Source: Hyphochytrium catenoides (taxonomy: Eukaryota; Protista; Hyphochytriomycota). Taken from it: a stretch of 64,000 nt of DNA. Shown one piece after another: positions 57,801 through 64,000 of this stretch; position 1 is the first letter of the stretch, and each line of letters starts with the position of its first letter. The stretch lies in contig FLMG01002723.1 of the NCBI GenBank assembly GCA_900088475.1, positions 101,554 through 165,553 on the forward strand, written 5' to 3'. The position numbers were made by a program, and so were the translations under genes. Below the pieces are notes generated by a model. It made no database searches and was not told the DNA's origin. It worked only from the letters and a program-made list of their open reading frames with translations.

Positions 57801-58556
57801 GTTTCTCCGAAGATCCGCCGGGGTAGTCCCAGAGGTTCCTCTCCCACTGTCGGCAAAGAAGGCCGAAGAGCGTCCCAAGGTAAACGCAGAAGCGAAGAAA
57901 GGAATGGCCTTCCAGAAAGGAGAAGCAGATCTCGCTCTACGGGCTCCAGACGGGAAGACAGAGTTAAAAATGAAGAGGGAAGGGCTCCTAGAAGAGAGGA
58001 CGGCAGACGAAGAGCTAGCAGAGATAGGAGTAGAGAGAGGCGAGCCACTCCGGATAGGAGGCATGCAAGAAGAAGCGAAGAGCGTTTCTCTGACAAGCGT
58101 CAGAAGGAAGACAAGGAAAAAGGCCGCTCTTCGTCCCCTGCGGCTGAGGGACGCAAGAACCAGAAAAGGGATGGGCCGCTCAGCCGAAATGGTGCAGTTA
58201 AGGAGGAAGACACCGGAAGGCGCGACAAGTCCCCCAGGAAGGAGACGGCCAAGCCCTCAGAGGGCGACAGAAAGCAAGAACAGGAGAAGGATTCCGCGGG
58301 GAAGTTGGAGAGTAGCAAGAAGGACGAGAGAATAGAAGGAGAAGGTACTCGAAAAGTTAGTGGCAGTCCCTCGGAGAGGAAAAGGTATAGGGAAGATAGA
58401 CCGCAGGGCAGGAGGAGTACCAGTCCAAAGCGGCGCCGTACCAGAAGCACCAGTCGCAGTGAGAGCAGAGGTAGGCGCAGGGCCCGAAGCCGCAGTAGGG
58501 AAAGATACAGAGAGCGGAGGAGCAGAAGCGGACCACGCTATAGGGAGCGGAGATAA
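54838..58556 (+). CDS. CWC22: pre-mRNA splicing factor CWC22, multi-exon
   Basis: [33 protein letters not shown] (MIF4G), [15 protein letters not shown] (MA3), [34 protein letters not shown]; RS-rich tail. Confidence 0.98.
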
Positions 58557-58659
58557 GTAACTATGAGGAATGGAATATCGCTTGAGCACTAAGGTTATTA
58601 AAAGCTCCATTATTTGTTATGTATATGTGGCGCTCCTCCAGCTAATAATGGTAGGCTCT

Positions 58660-61600
58660 TTACACCGCGATGAGGTCATCCTTCTGCGATATTCGCGTTA
58701 AGGTGTCTTTGATCACTTTGTACTGAAGAAAGAGAGGGAGAGTAATCAGAAGTATGGAAGACAGGGGGTTTCTGGTGATCCTTTGTGGATAAGAGAAAGG
58801 AAAGCGAATCCGTATCAACCGGTTAAAGGTACACTCGCATACATCAAGGGCGGCACTGGTTCAGGTGGCAGAAGAAGGGTACGTGCAGGTGGTGGTAATA
58901 AGCGCAGCGCTGCACATTCTGAGTAGTTCCTAGAAGGGAAAGGAAGCTTGCAACCAGGTTTATACCTCTTTTTCTGTGAGCTTCCAGGTCTGCATGAGCT
59001 TTTCTAACTCTTGGTCCATTTCCTCTTTCGTTAGGTTTCCGGCGCTGGGGTAGGGCAAAGAATCTGAGAAGGCAGCGAATCATACCGTAGAAAGTTCATT
59101 TCTGTCTGACCTTTGCTTGAGGGCCATAGAGGCTTCCAACACGTCGACGTTGTCAATAATAACCCTCATGCGCGAGACAGAGTCCAGCTTCGTATCATGG
59201 CGGAATCTTGAGAGACTCCTGGGAGATTAAAACGGCAGCCAATTCAGAGTAGACATATATGAGCCCTTACGGTTCATCGGGTACCACAGCGCAAGGATAG
59301 TGAGGTTCCAGACCACATAGGAGGAATTGGATGAAAAAGTGGATGGCATGTGGACAGTTAGTCAATATCGCTGGCCCGTGGGACACTTCCAAGTAAAACA
59401 CGTGGGTGTGAGGATCCTCATCGAAGAACGTACCCCACATAGCTCATCATCATTGCCCAGATGCCAGCCGAGACAACCGTGCTGCCTCCCAACTAGTTTA
59501 GACCAGAAGAGATATAGGGTTTAGCGGAAGCTTTGGTTAACTGCTGCCATAACGTCCTTGATCTCTATAACGTTTCCTTACCAGAAGGGGAAAGGTAAAG
59601 GGGTTCTCTTCTCCGGGCAAAGGCACGTTCATTCCATAGAATTGGGCTATAGTTGTCATAAGCCCTAAACTGAACAGATTTAATTGTCTTAGATGCGACT
59701 CCAACAAGGGAAGCAGCACCGTCAACATAATATGTTCAAGGAAGTAGATACTGACTACGTTAACTCATGGAGGCTCAGCGTGCGCCTCGACAGCACTCAC
59801 ATAACACCGGCTAGGGCAAGGTTTACATTGATTCTCATCAGCTCATTGCGATGTGAATCCAAGGATATTTCCACCATCTCCTGTGTATTCTGCATTCTCA
59901 GCTGTAAGAGCTTGACCAGCTGTAATAAAAAGAGGGGTAACCACTTCCGTTAGAAAATGGTAGCGGCAAAATGTATAGATGTGGAAATGACAACAGGTAC
60001 GCGACGAAGCGTTTATGGTAAGGCCGACACATGAAGGTAGGACCCAAGTCAAAGGGCCCCTCTGAGGCAGAGAAGAGAGAAGAGAGCTACGATACAGTAA
60101 TTCTTCGTCCGGATTTGGGGTTCTTACCTCGTATGTTTCTACAATTTGCCTGTACCCGCCTTCCAATAACAGCTCGATCTGGTTGTGCAATGTGTGAGTC
60201 TACTTTGTAATAGTTACTTCTGTCCGCCATCCTCTTTCTCTTACTTTCATATTGTGAGACAAAAGAGTTGCGCCATCTTAGGAATACTACCTCTAGCAAC
60301 ACCCACTTCCCTCCAACATATAGCTGACCTGCTCATGATGGATAGCAGGAGTCCGCTCTGCTGGCTTTAGCCCCATGTTCTTTCTTTCTGTCAGCATAAG
60401 ATCTGCCATATCTGGGGTTTCTATTAGCAACATGGCCACGCAAAGCTACAAATGGGAGTTGCAACGTAACAGAACAGGGAGCGCTTTAAGAAGTTATCTC
60501 ACCTTGTTCACTCTCCAGAAGTTGCTTGACGCAATCGATAACGCTCTTCAGCTTCATCTCGAAGGTACTAACAGCATCTTTTACAGGTAACAACAAGTGC
60601 AACTGACTTTGATTCTGCAGCACGAAGAAGTTGTTGATTAAAATTTGCAGCAGTATTGCTTCCCGTAAGAAATAGCTTTATGCTTTGAATTGCAATAGGA
60701 AATAGCTTTATGCTGTGAGTTGCATATGAAGATCCAAAGGAGAAGTGGTGGAGAAGGGGAGAAAGAGAAGAGAGATATAGGGAGAGGAAGAGATAGAAGC
60801 CTACCAAGAAACAATCAGGCAAGAAAGGTAGGTGTGCAAGATTTGAGTGAGTAGTCGAGGTGAGCTTCTGAATCTATTCTCTCTTGCATCTGACACGAGA
60901 CAGAGAAAGACAGAAGCCAAGCTAGAGGAGCAGTAAAAAAAAAAGGCTGTCGAAAATCAAAAGCTGGTGAAGGTGTGCTTCCCCATTCCTTCTGCCACGC
61001 ATCAGGCCGGAGGAAGATAACGTACTATTTTGCCTCTTGTGAGCTCTGCCAAGAGGTCCTCTATTAAGGGTCTAGAAAAAGCAGTCGATGAGGCTAGAAC
61101 TTTTCTAAGCAAGGACGAATAGGAGCAGAGTAGAAGATCAGTGTCATAATATACTCCTCCCCATTGGAGCAATGAGAGAAGGGAAAACTTGCGCGGGCGC
61201 ATTCAAAAAAGAAGCAGAGGCAGATCAGGTAGAATAGGAAATAAAGATGTCCACCTAAACAGCATGACACGTCTCTTGTAGCGCTGTGATACATCGTCCA
61301 ATAGCCCTTCCAGAACCTTGCACTCAAAAGGCGCGGGACTGACAACATAATTGCCATCGTCATCCACACGCAGCCAATCATCTGCACCCTGTCGAAAATG
61401 GTACTCCGTGTCTTGGATGAACTTTCTAGGAACAGCGCAGAGTTTTGAATTGGCGATGGGACATGTCAGTCGGGCCAACGGGTGATCCAATAGCTTATCT
61501 AGGAGGAACAGAGTGCTGGTGTAGAATAGAAGCCAGTTGGGAGGTTTGATTTTGAGATAAACCCCCTTAAGTCTGATGGAGCAGCAGAAAGAGGTTTGAG

Positions 61601-62413
61601 GGCCAGTAAAGCAAAAGCCGCTGAGCTAGACGAGTCGTTGCAATGTAAGATAGGGGTACCTGAGGTGTTCAGCACTTTCTTTCACCAAAGGAATACTGGC
61701 GTCAAACATCACCATCCAGTCTGAGCCCACGATAGCTTTAAGGTGCCCGACGGTGAAAATGAACATATCCCCCCTGCATAATAGTCACTTGCATTAGCCT
61801 GGAGTTAAAGCCATAGGGAATCCGCTAGCGCTTCCTTCCCCTCTCCCTGCTAAAGTCGGAGACCTCTTACAAGGCACAATGGTAATGGTCGCTGTCTCTT
61901 TCAATCTCATGCTTTCTAACCCCAATGTCGTCCCCTCAAGCATCGTACCTTGTAATAATATAGGCTTGGGGTCCTGAACGCCTTCCAGAGTCTATGACCA
62001 AAAGATCTCTATAGACAGCACACTGTTACCTGCGCCCCCGCTGTTCAAAGTAGCTGCTTACGCCAACTCTGGTGCCCCTCTTACCTAGCAGTAACATGCA
62101 TATCCTTCATCATGTCACTAACTCTCCAAGTCTCCTTCACATAGCTACCATCCGACTGAAAGGAGAAGACCTGCGAGAAAGTCTGAATAGATCAAAGGCA
62201 AAGGGGAAAATACGTGTGACTGACCTCATACTTGCGCTGACTAGCATGACCAATCCCGCTAGTAACTTGGCGTCGGGCTATTCCTACCCGTCTTCCGAAA
62301 TAGCGTTGTCTATAGCATGTCCTTGGCCCATGGCTTAGAGGGACCCCAAGGCCCTGGAGCCCATTTTTGACGGGGAACGCAGGGAAGGAGAGGACCTTCC
62401 GAAACGGAAGCAT
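58660..62413 (-). CDS. MRS2: MRS2/CorA-family Mg2+ channel, probably mitochondrial, with C-terminal extension; multi-exon
   Basis: MHVTARDLLVID...YIITR..FIFTVGHLKAIV..MVMFD, PFECKVLEGLL, IELLLEGGY, EISLDSHRNELMRINV, TM1 followed by FYGMN, TM2. Confidence 0.85.
60669..60724. repeat. imperfect 30-bp-period tandem repeat in an MRS2 intron
   Basis: GAAATAGCTTTATGCT(T/G)TGA(A/G)TTGCA twice. Confidence 0.85.
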
Positions 62414-64000
62414 TTCCTCAACCCAATGGCACCTCCTAAGAAATGTCTAAGCTCCCTGCGTGCAGTAACAGCGCTGTTGCAAAGCTAACAAATGAAGAGT
62501 CTTGATGCAATGTTGCTCGTCCAGGGGACGAAAGGGACGACTGAACAGCCAGCAAGCTTTTAATAGTTGGAAGGAGGCCTCCACTCTCGAAGATGGAGCT
62601 GCTGCTCAATCTTCGTTCTATTCCAGACGTACAATCATGGGGTTGCGCAAAGCTCATTCCTCAGTCGCCAGAGGTGGACGCTGTTGGAGCTCCTCCTTCT
62701 GTTGGAACTCCTTCCTGATGATGATGTGTACAGCTCTTATTGTGTGCTGGAGCCCATGATGATCAGGATGATTCTTTTCTGGAAGTTTTTGTGGCTTTTG
62801 GATGTTGTGTCAAGGACTTTGGGCATCACTAATCTCGGTCAGCAAATTCATTTTCGGTGTTTCTTTTAAGATTGATGTCTTCCACGTCTTTTTTCGGTAT
62901 TTCTCCCAAAGATTGATGTCTTCCAGCTTTCGTGAATAGAGATGATGGTGATAAGAAGTGCTATTGTGATAATAAGGAGCAAGACCTTTTTATAATAAAA
63001 GAGGGAAGCAACAAGTGAATTACAATAATGCTTCTCCTTCGTAAATTTAGTGCACATCGTCTTCGCCGCGTCTTCTGATGACTACTGCGGCGACGGCAGC
63101 TGCTGGCGAGCTCTGCGACAGGCTCGTCACGGCTAGTGCAGCTGCTCCTGAGCTGACGTGGGCTATGGAGAAGGAAGCTGGTAATGGTACGTACAATCAA
63201 TCATCGGACTCCTCTTCTTCGTAGTAGTAAATAACCTCCGGCCCTTCTAGTACTTGGACCACTTCTTCATCAAAAAGTGGTAGATAGTCCACCTTGTCAG
63301 CAGTACCTCCTCCTGAGCCACCATTCCTAAGACGCGTCTGCGGTACGGCGTCAGATAATATGAAGACTGGAAAAGGGGAAGAAACGTTTGTCAAGGATGG
63401 TGGCCTCTTAGAGTATTATCTGGTGGTGGTGGCGCTTATTGTTGTTGTATGCCGACACAGATCATTTTCATATATTCATCGTTACCAATGTTCACCAAGA
63501 ATAATGGAACCACTGTTGAAAGCCATCTTCATCATCTCTCCTCGGTCGTTCATCATAATGCTAGCATGTTGTTAATTTTTTTGGGGTGGTGATGAGGCCT
63601 CCAGTGAAGTTACTTTAACCACCGCTTCCTTGTGGAGTCCGCCCCCCTAGTATGTTCATTGTTGATAATAATGAAGGTGCTATTCATCATGTCGCGTAAT
63701 AAAAAATGTTTCACTTAACACTCAGCTCAGCACTTTCCATATCGCCTGGGGTCGGTAAATGGATGATGGGACAGACAAAGGCGGAGATACAACGATTGCC
63801 TACTACTCGTACCACGAACGAAAAAATTGATAAGTTGGTAACCAGCACCGGTACAGCGACGCCCACGACGACATAGATAGCACGCACGCGGGATAGTAAC
63901 ACGATACTTCTTCATAGGCAGTGGAGCAAGTAGGTGGTGCGGCAGCACCACCTCGCCGCGTGACCATCATGAGCAGTGTTATTTATTACTGCAGCGTATC

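Noticed and set aside
57386-58610. Long antisense and alternative-frame ORFs over the CWC22 tail, and similar shadow ORFs over other genes
   Set aside because: By-products of low-complexity RS/SD coding sequence on the opposite strand or frame.

Overview
Gene-dense, intron-rich eukaryotic (protist) genomic DNA of roughly balanced GC, with short GT-AG introns and two N gaps (19396-19436, 26355-26447). The U2 loop IIa sequence and several protein sequences look stramenopile-like, but that is inference. Left to right: U2 snRNA; small conserved ORF; DIS3L2-type exoribonuclease; TMEM104-like amino-acid transporter; unknown protein; arginase; intronless MsrA; PLP aminotransferase-DapB fusion; RPEL-only protein; SEC62; intronless SLC35B-like transporter; intronless bacterial-type ATP-grasp enzyme; PIF/Harbinger relic (intact Myb/SAP-like ORF, decayed transposase); stand-alone TONSL-like UBL-LRR protein; ARMC7; alpha/beta hydrolase; ABCC transporter; NEDD1; CWC22; MRS2-type Mg channel. 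Most notable: the aminotransferase-DapB fusion, a structurally intact U2 with no canonical Sm site, a U12-type intron in NEDD1 with ARMC7 in the same window, a possibly domesticated Harbinger ORF, the HGT-like ATP-grasp gene, the one-repeat-per-exon RPEL gene, and a perfect 33-bp inverted repeat interlocked with a direct repeat. Gene models were spliced by eye and family calls come from motif recognition, not database searches. CDS coordinates are whole gene spans including introns.
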